The position numbers and the translations under genes were made by a program. The notes under the pieces are model-generated. The model had not been told where the DNA came from. It did no database searches and saw nothing but the letters and a program-made list of their open reading frames with translations. From NCBI RefSeq assembly GCF_000148385.1, contig NC_014537.1, forward strand, positions 1,920,001-1,952,000: a stretch of DNA of 32,000 nucleotides, read 5' to 3'. The number at the start of each line of letters is the position of its first letter. Positions within the stretch are counted from its first letter, which is position 1. Of the stretch, positions 17,714 to 26,821 are shown piece by piece. The DNA comes from Vulcanisaeta distributa DSM 14429. GTDB lineage: Archaea > Thermoproteota > Thermoprotei > Thermoproteales > Thermocladiaceae.

Positions 17714-18206
17714 TGACGTGCTTAGGAGGTTGATGGAGTTCACAAAGCTTGAGGTAAGTACTGAGGATATCCAGAAACCACCATTTGAATCGTATGCTCA
17801 ATTGGTGCAGGAATTGAATAGTAAGTTATCAATGAGTGGTAATGTGCTTGATAAGGAATTGGTTGAGTCTACAATGAGCATGGTTAAGGAGACAATAGCA
17901 ATACTCGTTAGGAAGAGGATTGAGAAAATAATGAGGTACTATCAAGCTAGTAAAGAAGTACCTCAGGACGCATTACTACCGGAAGAGAGGAGGTTCCTTA
18001 TGCCATTATTGGAGCTTAGGATTGCCGAGACTCCGAGGAGCGAGGTTCAGGGATTGGCAATTGTGTCGTTTAAGAGGGGGTTCCCTGTGCTATACAGCGT
18101 TCGTTTAGTAACAATTGGGCCGTTTTCTCAATTCGACATTGCGGTGATACCGAGGAGTGACGCTGAGGAGCTTCTCCGTAGAGGGGTTATCGATATTATT
18201 CGTTAG
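17697..18206 (+). CDS. GINS complex subunit, Gins51/Gins15-type (tentative)
   Basis: It is 169 aa with a helical N-domain, then LLPEERRF, then a small beta C-domain (FKRGFPVLYSVRLVTIGPFSQFDIAVIPRSDAEELLRRGV). It overlaps the priS 3' end. The priS-gins linkage is known in Crenarchaeota. The call rests on architecture and synteny only. Confidence 0.5.
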   Translation: MSQLISDVLRRLMEFTKLEVSTEDIQKPPFESYAQLVQELNSKLSMSGNVLDKELVESTMSMVKETIAILVRKRIEKIMRYYQASKEVPQDALLPEERRFLMPLLELRIAETPRSEVQGLAIVSFKRGFPVLYSVRLVTIGPFSQFDIAVIPRSDAEELLRRGVIDIIR

Positions 18207-18256
18207 AATCAACGGAGGTAAAAGTATAAAAGGGGGTTTTATCCTGTGGTTACTCC

Positions 18257-18541
18257 GTGAAGTTTCCCAAGGTTGTGAAGGTTTATTGTCCAAGGTGTAA
18301 TGCATATACGGAGCACACAGTGACGATTTATAGCCATGGGAAGAGGAGGAACCTAGCCGAGGGGCAGAGGAGGTACTTAAGGAAGCTTAAGGGCTACGGC
18401 TCTAGCAGAAAGCCTAAGCAGAAGAGGTTTGCTAAGACTACGAAGAAGATTGTTGTTAAGCTTCAATGTAGACAGTGTGGCTATGTGTTGATGAGGACCG
18501 TTGGTAGGTTAAAGAAGCTTGAGTTAGCTGAGGCTAAGTGA
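18257..18541 (+). CDS. rpl44e: 50S ribosomal protein L44e
   Basis: [21 protein letters not shown]...[47 protein letters not shown] matches L44e. The start is GTG. Confidence 0.95.
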   Translation: MKFPKVVKVYCPRCNAYTEHTVTIYSHGKRRNLAEGQRRYLRKLKGYGSSRKPKQKRFAKTTKKIVVKLQCRQCGYVLMRTVGRLKKLELAEAK

Positions 18542-18551
18542 GGTGGTGGTA

Positions 18552-18758
18552 ATGCCCACTAATTGGCGCTCGGTCCTTGTTCCAAGGCCGAGGTCAAGAT
18601 TTCTGAGGGTTAGGTGCAATAATTGTGGTAATGAGCAGGTGGTCTTTGATAGGCCTGCCATGGTTGTTAGGTGTTTGGTCTGCGGTAACGTGCTCATAGA
18701 GCCTACCGGCAGTAAGGGTAGGATTGTCGGGGCAACCGTTGTTGCCGTATACGAGTAA
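18552..18758 (+). CDS. rps27e: 30S ribosomal protein S27e
   Basis: [44 protein letters not shown] is the S27e zinc ribbon. The ATG at 18552 is preferred over the GTG at 18543. Confidence 0.95.
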   Translation: MPTNWRSVLVPRPRSRFLRVRCNNCGNEQVVFDRPAMVVRCLVCGNVLIEPTGSKGRIVGATVVAVYE

Positions 18759-18801
18759 AACAATGAAAAAATATAAATTATATTCCATCCTCTCATAGTC
18801 G

Positions 18802-19653
18802 ATGAGTAAGAAGGAGGAGAAGGTAGACGATATTAGAAAGAATGTGTTACCGGTGAGGATAGCTAGGAAGGAATTACCTGACATTGGTGAGTTAGTTATT
18901 GGTACCGTATATAGGATATTGGAGCATGGTGCATATGTTCTCCTTGACGAATATGGGGGTATTGAGGCTTACGCGCCAATTAATGAGATTGTTCAGTCCT
19001 GGTTCCACGACATTAAGGATTACCTAAGGCTGGGTCAAAAGACAGTGTTTAGGGTCATTAGGGTTGATGCGCGTAGGAGGCTCATTGATGTATCACTTAG
19101 GAAGGTTAAGGAGGAGGAGAAGAAGGAGAAGTTAACGAAGTGGAAGAGGACACTTAGGGGTGTGAGGCTCCTTGAGCTTGTTGCCAAGAAATTGAATATA
19201 CCACTTGACAAAGCATTACAGGACTTTGGGTGGAAGCTCGAGGATTACTACGGAGACTTCCTATCGATATTCGAGAACGTGGCTAAATACGGACCTGATG
19301 ACCTCAGGAAATTGGGTCTTAGTGATAACGTTATTAATGCCATTGCAGAGATAGCCAGGGAAAGGGTTGAGGTGGAGCCCGTGGAGATTTCCGGCATAAT
19401 TAGGATGATCAGTATTAAACCTGACGGAGTTAAGCATGTCAGGGATGTACTGCTTAAGGCCATGGAGTTGGCTAGGAAGGAGGGCGCTGAGGATGTTCGA
19501 ATATACACAATAGGCCCTCCCAGGTATAGAATAGACCTCGTGGGTAAGGATCCAAAGAAGTTAGAGCAGGTTCTTAAGGACGTGGTTAACCTGGTTACTA
19601 CGGAGATTAGAAAGAGGGGTGGTGAGGCAAGCTTCACGAGGATAGGCGAGTAA
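18802..19653 (+). CDS. eif2a: translation initiation factor aIF2 alpha subunit
   Basis: The N-terminal S1 domain is ELPDIGELVIGTVYRILEHGAYVLLDEYGGIEAYAPINEI. The helical and alpha-beta C-domains follow, ending with the pattern IYTIGPPRYRIDL. Confidence 0.9.
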   Translation: MSKKEEKVDDIRKNVLPVRIARKELPDIGELVIGTVYRILEHGAYVLLDEYGGIEAYAPINEIVQSWFHDIKDYLRLGQKTVFRVIRVDARRRLIDVSLRKVKEEEKKEKLTKWKRTLRGVRLLELVAKKLNIPLDKALQDFGWKLEDYYGDFLSIFENVAKYGPDDLRKLGLSDNVINAIAEIARERVEVEPVEISGIIRMISIKPDGVKHVRDVLLKAMELARKEGAEDVRIYTIGPPRYRIDLVGKDPKKLEQVLKDVVNLVTTEIRKRGGEASFTRIGE

Positions 19654-19666
19654 CTAGGTGGCAGCC

Positions 19667-19897
19667 ATGGACTCAATACTGAGGAGATGCAAAAATTGCG
19701 GTAGGTACACCCTGAGGAAGGATAAATGCCCATACTGCGGCGGTGAGCTTGAGGTACCACATCCACCCAAATACTCGCCTGATGATAAATATGGTAGGTA
19801 TAGACTAATTATGAAGGTCATGAGTGGTAAGATTAAGCTTAGCCCAGACGTAATTAACGCCATTATTTCAGGGTCTAGTCAATCCAAGACCCAGTGA
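19667..19897 (+). CDS. nop10: H/ACA RNP protein Nop10 (with ~20-aa C-terminal extension)
   Basis: LRRCKNCGRYTLRKDKCPYCGGELEVPHPPKYSPDDKYGRYRL is the Nop10 zinc ribbon plus linker. The ATG at 19667 is preferred over the GTG at 19658. Confidence 0.9.
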   Translation: MDSILRRCKNCGRYTLRKDKCPYCGGELEVPHPPKYSPDDKYGRYRLIMKVMSGKIKLSPDVINAIISGSSQSKTQ

Positions 19898-19913
19898 AAT
19901 AATGAATGATCTA

Positions 19914-22238
19914 TTATCGAGTCAATGTTTGATTACGCGCTAAGGCCTCTAAAACACTGTAATTGATCTTGTAAATTATTACCCAACCATATGGTCTAGA
20001 TACATAGACCAGCTGAGCCCAGGGCGGTGGTTGTAACAAGTAGTACCAGGGCGTTACTGGCCCGTTATAATCAGGTAAGCCTATGTATGTTAATTTAAAT
20101 GATGTGGCATTCACACTAGGCATTATTGTTGGTACACCCTCAAATACCCAATAAGTTGGTATGCCGTTTACGGTACACGTAGACCACACTATGTACGATG
20201 CATCAGTAACCTCGGAATTGAACATTAAGTCGTAAAGCGTGACATTATAAGCCGCGTAAAATGTGTTATTGGCGAATGGTACGTAGATTGTCGAGGAGCC
20301 AACCTGGGCGGGGGATATGAAGGTATTAAGTATGTAGTTGTTAGTGTAGCCCGCTATTCTAGCCATCCAATAACTCTTTGCGAAGTCACCACCCGCTGGA
20401 TACTCAGGTATGAGCACGCATACGGTTCCTAAACCGTAGCTCGTTAAATTAACTGGGAATACGGTGTATGGTTCAAAAATCAATATGTACTGTGGGTCGT
20501 GCAATTCATTCAATTTTTCCAACACACCAGTGTAATTATATGGACTTGACATGAAGAAGCTACCTATCAGCGCTATTTGCGTGCTATTCACCGTGGAGTT
20601 ATCAGCTAGGCTCGTCCTATTTCCAATAATCGCTATCCAATAGCCATAGTCCCACCATGAAAGCACAGTCGCATTTGGTGGAGTATTGTAGGATAGCCAC
20701 TGAAGTGCATCTAGCCAGTCGGGCGTTGGTATTGGTGGCGTCACGGTACTAACTATTTGCTGGGGCATTATGGACATTAATAGAGCGGGCTGTATGTTGA
20801 CCACTAGGGCAATGGCTAGTACGACACCGAGTAAAGCCGCTATGGATAAACCAACTAGGATACGCCTATTCAATGCAAGTTCCGTGAGTTTTACAAAACC
20901 ATACGCAGTAGCTGGCACCCAGAATAGTCCAAGTAGCATGAATAGCCAAACCTCCGATGAAGCGAAGTAGGCGGCAGCCAATGAACCAAGACTAACTAGT
21001 ATTGCTGGGAGTGATAGTGACATTATGGAGAGTAGTATCGTGTATATCACGAATGGTACTGTTATTGAGATATTATACACACCCTGTTGAAGTGTTGATG
21101 GGGAGTGCTCAGCAACGCTCTGCACGATGGCGCTCCTAGCTAATGGTAATAATGCACCAAGGAACTTACCACCCACTGAGGTGAAGCTCAACCCAATCAC
21201 CGCAGCCACGAGTACCACTATGGCCATGAGGAAGTACCTGACCACTGGCACCATGATCCTTGGATACCTTGGGTATAGCTTTATTAATGCGTAGGCTATT
21301 ATCGAGAACAGTAAGGCTGCATTGGCCACACCACCCATTCCAGATACTAACGTATGAAAGCCATACCTAGGCGTTATGGCTACGAAGGCTGAGAACCCAA
21401 GGTCAGTAAGTACGTAGGTTATTACAAGTTTATCGATTGTGAATGGTAGACTTTGTCTCCTGGCGATCTTAATAAGTAGGTAAAGTAATATCACTATTGT
21501 GAATAGCCCGTAGAAGTTCCATAGGAATACGTAGGAACCCCACACCCAGGTTGTTATACCGTTAAATATTGCCGAAAGTACGGCAAATAATATCCAGTAA
21601 TTATCCTTCCTTGTCAGGGACTCGATATAGAAGGCAATGCCTAGGGTTGCTATGAATTGAAATAGTGGTTCTGCCGCAAACCAACCAGCCGTACCCCTTT
21701 GCAGGAACATTGTGGTGAATACGGACCATAAGGCCGCCAGTAGGCCTACGTACTTACCGCCAAGTCGATAGCCGAGATAAAACATCGCCGGCACAACGGC
21801 GGCATTTGCTATTGCGGGGAGCAGGATAACTGATTGAAGCAGGTCAAAGCCGAAGTGTGATAATATCTTATACGCAAGTACGCCAAGCCAGGAAACACCC
21901 GGTGATAATATTATGGTCCAGTTGGCACCCCATGGGTACCAGAAGTGCATGAATAATGTGCCGTAACCCTTATGAAGCCACCAGAGTAGTCCCTTGATGG
22001 TTCCGTACTTAAGCATTTGCTCGGTCATGAAGAGCCTTATGTAGGGATCGAATTCATTTATGTACCAGCCATAGAGTAGCACGGGGTATAATCTTAGGTA
22101 GTAGGCGAGTAATGTGAAGGAGACTGTGGCCGAGAGCATGGCGATCCACTGCGTAATCTTGATATCAAGCGGCACGGCGGGCACTACCTGGGTTATGGTC
22201 TCCACCTTAGCCTTACCAGCGGTCTTCGCCTTGCTCAT
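19914..22238 (-). CDS. aglB: archaeal oligosaccharyltransferase AglB (STT3 family)
   Basis: It is 774 aa with ~13 TM helices. The catalytic WWDYG motif (SWWDYGYW) is encoded at 20643-20657. The N-terminal loop has an acidic motif (INEFDPY). Confidence 0.9.
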   Translation of the reverse strand: MSKAKTAGKAKVETITQVVPAVPLDIKITQWIAMLSATVSFTLLAYYLRLYPVLLYGWYINEFDPYIRLFMTEQMLKYGTIKGLLWWLHKGYGTLFMHFWYPWGANWTIILSPGVSWLGVLAYKILSHFGFDLLQSVILLPAIANAAVVPAMFYLGYRLGGKYVGLLAALWSVFTTMFLQRGTAGWFAAEPLFQFIATLGIAFYIESLTRKDNYWILFAVLSAIFNGITTWVWGSYVFLWNFYGLFTIVILLYLLIKIARRQSLPFTIDKLVITYVLTDLGFSAFVAITPRYGFHTLVSGMGGVANAALLFSIIAYALIKLYPRYPRIMVPVVRYFLMAIVVLVAAVIGLSFTSVGGKFLGALLPLARSAIVQSVAEHSPSTLQQGVYNISITVPFVIYTILLSIMSLSLPAILVSLGSLAAAYFASSEVWLFMLLGLFWVPATAYGFVKLTELALNRRILVGLSIAALLGVVLAIALVVNIQPALLMSIMPQQIVSTVTPPIPTPDWLDALQWLSYNTPPNATVLSWWDYGYWIAIIGNRTSLADNSTVNSTQIALIGSFFMSSPYNYTGVLEKLNELHDPQYILIFEPYTVFPVNLTSYGLGTVCVLIPEYPAGGDFAKSYWMARIAGYTNNYILNTFISPAQVGSSTIYVPFANNTFYAAYNVTLYDLMFNSEVTDASYIVWSTCTVNGIPTYWVFEGVPTIMPSVNATSFKLTYIGLPDYNGPVTPWYYLLQPPPWAQLVYVSRPYGWVIIYKINYSVLEALARNQTLTR

Positions 22239-22307
22239 TACGGCTTGATTAAATAATCAATTTAAAAGTATTTTTCACAGGCAGGGTACGAAAAAATAAA
22301 TTAGTAC

Positions 22308-23132
22308 ATGCACAATGCGCCTATCGTGGAGTGCGTCGAATTAAGCAATGAAGTTTCCCAAGCAGTGATATGTAGTAAGGGCGCGTACTTACTTAGATGG
22401 GCAGTGCTGGGTAAAGATGTTGTGCTGCCTGGTAATACCGATAAACCAACATGGAGCGGTATGGCCATGCTGATACCATTTGCTAACCGTGTTAAGGGTG
22501 GAGAATATGAATTTGAGGGTGTAAGGTATTCCCTGCCCAGGAATGAGGAGGGTCATGCCATTCATGGGCTTGTATTAAATGAGGAATGGAATATAGAATC
22601 CATTAGTAGGGGTAGTGCGTCGTTTAAGCACGTTCTTCGTAATCCGGGCTATCCAACGGAATTAACGCTAACGGTTAAGTACGCATTAACCGGCAAGGAA
22701 CTCAATGTTGACATAATCACTAGAAATACGGGACTTAAGAATGCACCGCTAGTTGTTGGTGCTCATCCATACTTCATTGTTAGCAATGACTGGAGATTAA
22801 ATGCCCAGGGAGATGTACGAATGTGCGAGGCAGTCAACAAAATACCAACTGGCAGGTTAATACCGTTTAACCTAAGTAATACAACAAAGAGGGAATTTGA
22901 CGACTGCTTCTTAATAAACGGCGATATAATACTTGAATCACAATACTCAACGATAAGGATCATAAGGTATGGCATGCCCTACGTTCAAATATTCACGGGA
23001 GTGCCCAATGCCATAGCGATAGAACCAATGAGTGGAGCACCAGACGCTTACCACAACGGTATGGGACTAATTATAATAAGGCCCAACGAGGAGAGGAGGT
23101 TTAGGTTTACAGTAAAGGTCCTGAGGGTTTAA
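22308..23132 (+). CDS. aldose 1-epimerase (galactose mutarotase-like) family protein
   Basis: The patterns LIPFANRVKGGEYEFEGVRYSLP...HAIHG, GAHPYF and AIEPM are typical of the aldose_epim fold. Confidence 0.7.
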   Translation: MHNAPIVECVELSNEVSQAVICSKGAYLLRWAVLGKDVVLPGNTDKPTWSGMAMLIPFANRVKGGEYEFEGVRYSLPRNEEGHAIHGLVLNEEWNIESISRGSASFKHVLRNPGYPTELTLTVKYALTGKELNVDIITRNTGLKNAPLVVGAHPYFIVSNDWRLNAQGDVRMCEAVNKIPTGRLIPFNLSNTTKREFDDCFLINGDIILESQYSTIRIIRYGMPYVQIFTGVPNAIAIEPMSGAPDAYHNGMGLIIIRPNEERRFRFTVKVLRV

Positions 23133-23171
23133 ACGAGAAAAACTAAAAAATTAATAATCTAAATCATTATC

Positions 23172-23246
23172 GGCCCCGTAGCTCAGCATGGATAGAGCGG
23201 CGGCCTTCTAAGCCGTAGGTCGTGGGTTCAAATCCCACCGGGGCCG
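23172..23246 (+). tRNA. tRNA-Arg (anticodon TCT), no intron, CCA not encoded
   Basis: The hand-folded cloverleaf is: acceptor GGCCCCG/CGGGGCC, D arm GCTC/GAGC, anticodon stem GCGGC/GCCGT, loop CTTCTAA (TCT at 23207-23209), T arm GTGGG-TTCAAAT-CCCAC, discriminator G. An A/T-rich TATA region lies at 23143-23158. Confidence 0.9.
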
Positions 23247-23604
23247 CTACTTTTACATTCAATCTCTAAACATCGGTTACAATCTCACTGTGGCTACAGT
23301 TACAAAAGGGCTTATATAATGATTTACAGATGTAATAATAGTGGTTGATTGCTGCCTATACGACCTCGCTGGGACTAATAATGAGGTTAGGGTTAGGATA
23401 ATCAATCACCTAACCCAGGAGAGACATATCAAAGCTAAGGACCTTAGATCACACCAAACTACATAAGTATGATTCGTTCCAGCAAATGGTGGCTGATTAC
23501 CAACGCTTTGCAGAATAATAGCATTCTTAAGTCACGAGGAGATCACAGGGCTCCTTGACCCAAGGCCTAGGGAAGGGACAAACATCGCCGACATAATTAA
23601 GGTC

Positions 23605-23859
23605 GTGGCAAGGGAAGTGGTTAATAAGGACCTCAGGGACGTACTCTTTAATTACTTAGGGCCTAGGCGATTACCTGAGTATGTGCATATTTTCGAAGTG
23701 CTCCCTAAGGTCATTGAGGTGGGCATTTATGGCGTTGAGGTTATCTGCCATGAAGTAATCCTCATTCTTCCTGACAATGGGCCCATGAATTCATTAAACA
23801 ATGCATCGGGGGTTTCGAGATTACACACAAGTAAATACCCATTGGTTAAACAATTTTAG
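23605..23859 (+). CDS. hypothetical ORF, possibly a gene remnant
   Basis: The frame is open back to ~23497 with no ATG, and the annotated start is GTG. There is no recognisable domain. It lies in a low-density stretch directly downstream of the tRNA. Confidence 0.2.
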   Translation: MAREVVNKDLRDVLFNYLGPRRLPEYVHIFEVLPKVIEVGIYGVEVICHEVILILPDNGPMNSLNNASGVSRLHTSKYPLVKQF

Positions 23860-24163
23860 CAATTACTGGCACTTTTATGTATTAAGTTTCAGTACCTGTG
23901 AATGTACTTAATTAATCAGCTTTATTGTTCAGTAGCCTCTCAAGGGTTAGGCACCGCATTAAACATAACTAATTAACACGCCTAGTTAGTCACTAACGGG
24001 CAGTCATAGGGTTCATCAAAATTAGTACTAAGGCTTCAGTACTACGCCCAGTGATTATTAGAATGTTCTTAAATCATTTATATGAGGCAATAATCTAAAT
24101 GCAGAAAAGAATAATAGCAATAAAGCTTTAAAAAGCCTATGTTTAATATGGGTGGTGATATAA

Positions 24164-24640
24164 GTGGCTAATGGGCGGGTTAATGCCTGTATTATTACTA
24201 ATATTGCTAGCGAAATACTTAAGTATTTTAAGTTTAGCATTAGTAAAATATTCAAATACTTTGAATGGTTAATTATTACATCGAACAATACAATTCATAC
24301 TGTGGCTGAACAAGAACATGGCAAAGTGGGTGTCGATAATGATGGGAAGGATGATAATACTGCATTAATTGAGGAGCTACGTAGGAGGAACCCGCTCCTT
24401 GTTGAGGTTCTTGTTAAGTACCCGAATTACTTCCTTGAGTGGGATGAGGAGGCCCTTGGCCTGTTCATCTGGCGTGTCTGGGAGTCGCTTATAGGGGTTA
24501 ATGACGTGGATAGGAAAAGGCTTGAGGAGAACATTGATGCGGTAATCAACATGAAGGATGCACCAAGGAAGCTTAAGAACGCCGCCAAAATCGCGAAGAA
24601 ACTAATCGAGAGGGAAAAGAAGATACTAAATATTACCTAG
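24164..24640 (+). CDS. hypothetical protein (start uncertain)
   Basis: It has a GTG start 33 nt after a TTTAAAAA box. The first ~50 codons are AT-rich and low complexity. The C-terminal ~100 aa look genuinely protein-like (NPLLVEVLVKYPNYFLEWDEEALGLFIWRVWESL...). No family was recognised. Confidence 0.35.
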   Translation: MANGRVNACIITNIASEILKYFKFSISKIFKYFEWLIITSNNTIHTVAEQEHGKVGVDNDGKDDNTALIEELRRRNPLLVEVLVKYPNYFLEWDEEALGLFIWRVWESLIGVNDVDRKRLEENIDAVINMKDAPRKLKNAAKIAKKLIEREKKILNIT

Positions 24641-24691
24641 GTATTACCTAAACATTCCTTTAAATATAACTTAATCATTATTCAAACGACA

Positions 24692-25756
24692 ATGAACCAA
24701 GCAGGGTGTCCGCAGGGTGCTTTACGCGAGAAGTTAAGTGATGCTGTGAATTGTGTTAGGGTTGTTAGGGTTCAGAGACGTCGTAAGTATCAGAGCCACT
24801 TAATGTTTGTTGATGATCTAGAGCTTACGCTGGTGAATACATGCAATTTAGAGGTAAGCACGGTCTGCGTAGATAGGAAGTACGTACTCGAGTACTCAGG
24901 CAATTTCGCCATGGAGATCAAGGCATTCAGCCCAGGCGGTGAGAAGCTAAGCATACTTAGGAGGGATGAGAAGTGCTTATTGGATAAGGAACCTGGCCTG
25001 GACTACCTATGCGTAAGGCTTAACGAGCCTATCAAGCCAGGCAGCTACTACGTATTAACGCTAACACATACTGCGCAAACATCGATTATGACCACAATTG
25101 AGAGTGGGTGGAGGAGGTTCGTGAATTTCCTAACGCCCTACTTCGACGTATACGTATTTAGCATTATTTACCCAATAAACCAACCATCTACGCCATGGAC
25201 CCAAAGCCAATACCACCACTACGAAGTAGAGCCCGAATACCTTGAAATACACCGGGAGACAACCAATACTGTGCAAAAAGTGCTAGGTGCCATCTCCGGT
25301 GGTAAGGTGAGCTTCGTAGTGAGTGATAACAAGAACTTGGCATTCGGCTTTACAATGCCTGAATCCCTACATGTCTCCCAACCAACGAATTATAGTGCTG
25401 GGGAATTATTATTAAACATGTTGACGAGAATATTATTTACAGTATTCGGCGTGCCAATACCCATAAGGCTAACACTTAATAGGCTGTACAAGGCATTTTC
25501 TTGGTTATTTCAATGCCTCAGTGTGGGTACCGTGGTATTATCATTCGCAATAGTTGCCCTACTCTTGATACGCATTAATTACTTACTCAGTGACTTATTC
25601 ACCCTATTAACAACCTTGGTCCTACTCCTACTGGGAAACTACATAGTCATACCTAAGCAAGCACCCATAAAGTATCAGCGATTGCATATACTCACGTATG
25701 TTGTGACTATTTCGATAATATTGTTAATAATCATTGTAATTATCGCGGTATGGTGA
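24692..25756 (+). CDS. hypothetical membrane protein: ~230-aa soluble N-domain plus 3-4 C-terminal TM helices
   Basis: The ATG is preceded by TTTAAATATA centred ~29 nt upstream. The C-terminus is strongly hydrophobic (VGTVVLSFAIVALLLI..., LLTTLVLLLLGNYIV..., ILTYVVTISIILLIIIVIIAVW). No family was recognised. Confidence 0.5.
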   Translation: MNQAGCPQGALREKLSDAVNCVRVVRVQRRRKYQSHLMFVDDLELTLVNTCNLEVSTVCVDRKYVLEYSGNFAMEIKAFSPGGEKLSILRRDEKCLLDKEPGLDYLCVRLNEPIKPGSYYVLTLTHTAQTSIMTTIESGWRRFVNFLTPYFDVYVFSIIYPINQPSTPWTQSQYHHYEVEPEYLEIHRETTNTVQKVLGAISGGKVSFVVSDNKNLAFGFTMPESLHVSQPTNYSAGELLLNMLTRILFTVFGVPIPIRLTLNRLYKAFSWLFQCLSVGTVVLSFAIVALLLIRINYLLSDLFTLLTTLVLLLLGNYIVIPKQAPIKYQRLHILTYVVTISIILLIIIVIIAVW

Positions 25757-26782
25757 CCGTCCCACGGTCTCCGTAGGCCCTAGGGATTTCACAGGAAGAA
25801 GAGCCACTACGTTAATAGCATTCCCAAGTTAACCCCTCAGGGCGTTAAGAAGGCTATTCGCTTAACGAGGCTTTGTATGGCCTTTAAAGCCGCCATTGTT
25901 GGTGTGGGTTATGGCAATACTATGCCCATCCACTATCACTTAATAGGCACCTCCCTCCTCCATTATTAATGATACATCCCTGACCCCACCTTATTTTGTC
26001 TCTTCCCTACCTTTAGCACGTTGCTTCTTGGGTAAATGCAATTCCTTAATTACGCATTTTCACCTAAGTTAAATTGATTGAACTCTCATCAAAGCCTTTA
26101 AGAGGCGGAGCAAGGAGAGATTTCGTAAACACTATTAGGCATGGACTTTTAGGAAAAGCCAAAATGGAATCTGCCACCCACTTACCCACGGGCGACCACG
26201 CACCTTAACGACAGTTCTAGGCACCCCTTAATTTCGCCATGGCCCACGCAAACTATTCCTTACCTCGTTGGGTTAACTTGGCGTTATGACCAGCATTAAT
26301 TACGTATACACCCATCCTCACACAATCAACCTCAATTAACGATTTACCCTCGACCTAACCTTCACATTTACCAACCGAATAGCCATCAATGCCCTCCTAA
26401 ACAAAGAAAGATCCACGCCGTAGATCATTGACTTAAGCCCTCCTAACTAGGTGATCGAGACTCCCAAGACCATGACCTCACCAACACACATTGTGTAGGT
26501 TACCGTGCATTAATAAAAACATGGCATGTACGGTAACATGCGCGGTTTGGGGGGTGCATACCTCATGGGGTTGTGCGTGATTTAAAATTGCACTGTGTGT
26601 ATGGTTTCGTGCACACTCACCGTTTTACAATGCATAAAACACCATTAGAACAGGCTCGGTTTTGGGGAGCTGAAATTCCGTGGGAACAACAATTCAATTC
26701 CACTTAAACACCGCGAGAACAAACACGAGCCACAGCAATTAAGAGCAGAAAGACGTTCCAACGGCACCAAAACACCAAGAAG

Positions 26783-26797
26783 AAAAAACTTAAAAAG
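26783..26797 (+). promoter_or_regulatory. A-rich leader end with TATA-like box for the CRISPR array
   Basis: AAAAAACTTAAAAAG has its TTAAAAA centred ~29 nt upstream of the first repeat (26822). Confidence 0.45.
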
Positions 26798-26821
26798 ACC
26801 CAAATAAACCAATGCACCGCG

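Noticed and set aside
22245-22260. The near-palindrome TTGATTA-aa-TAATCAA between aglB and the epimerase gene.
   Set aside because: It sits 7-22 nt upstream of the aglB ATG in an AT-rich divergent promoter. It is most simply TATA/BRE sequence rather than a dedicated operator.
24171-24272. A 33-aa hydrophobic peptide ORF (MGGLMPVLLLILLAKYLSILSLALVKYSNTLNG) in an alternative frame at the start of ORF 24164-24640.
   Set aside because: The region is AT-rich and low complexity, so such ORFs arise by chance. There is no independent support.
26540-26700. A G-rich structured stretch considered as a minimal (type T) RNase P RNA or other known ncRNA.
   Set aside because: I could not find the universal CR-I/CR-IV/CR-V motifs. 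It is retained only as part of the leader finding.
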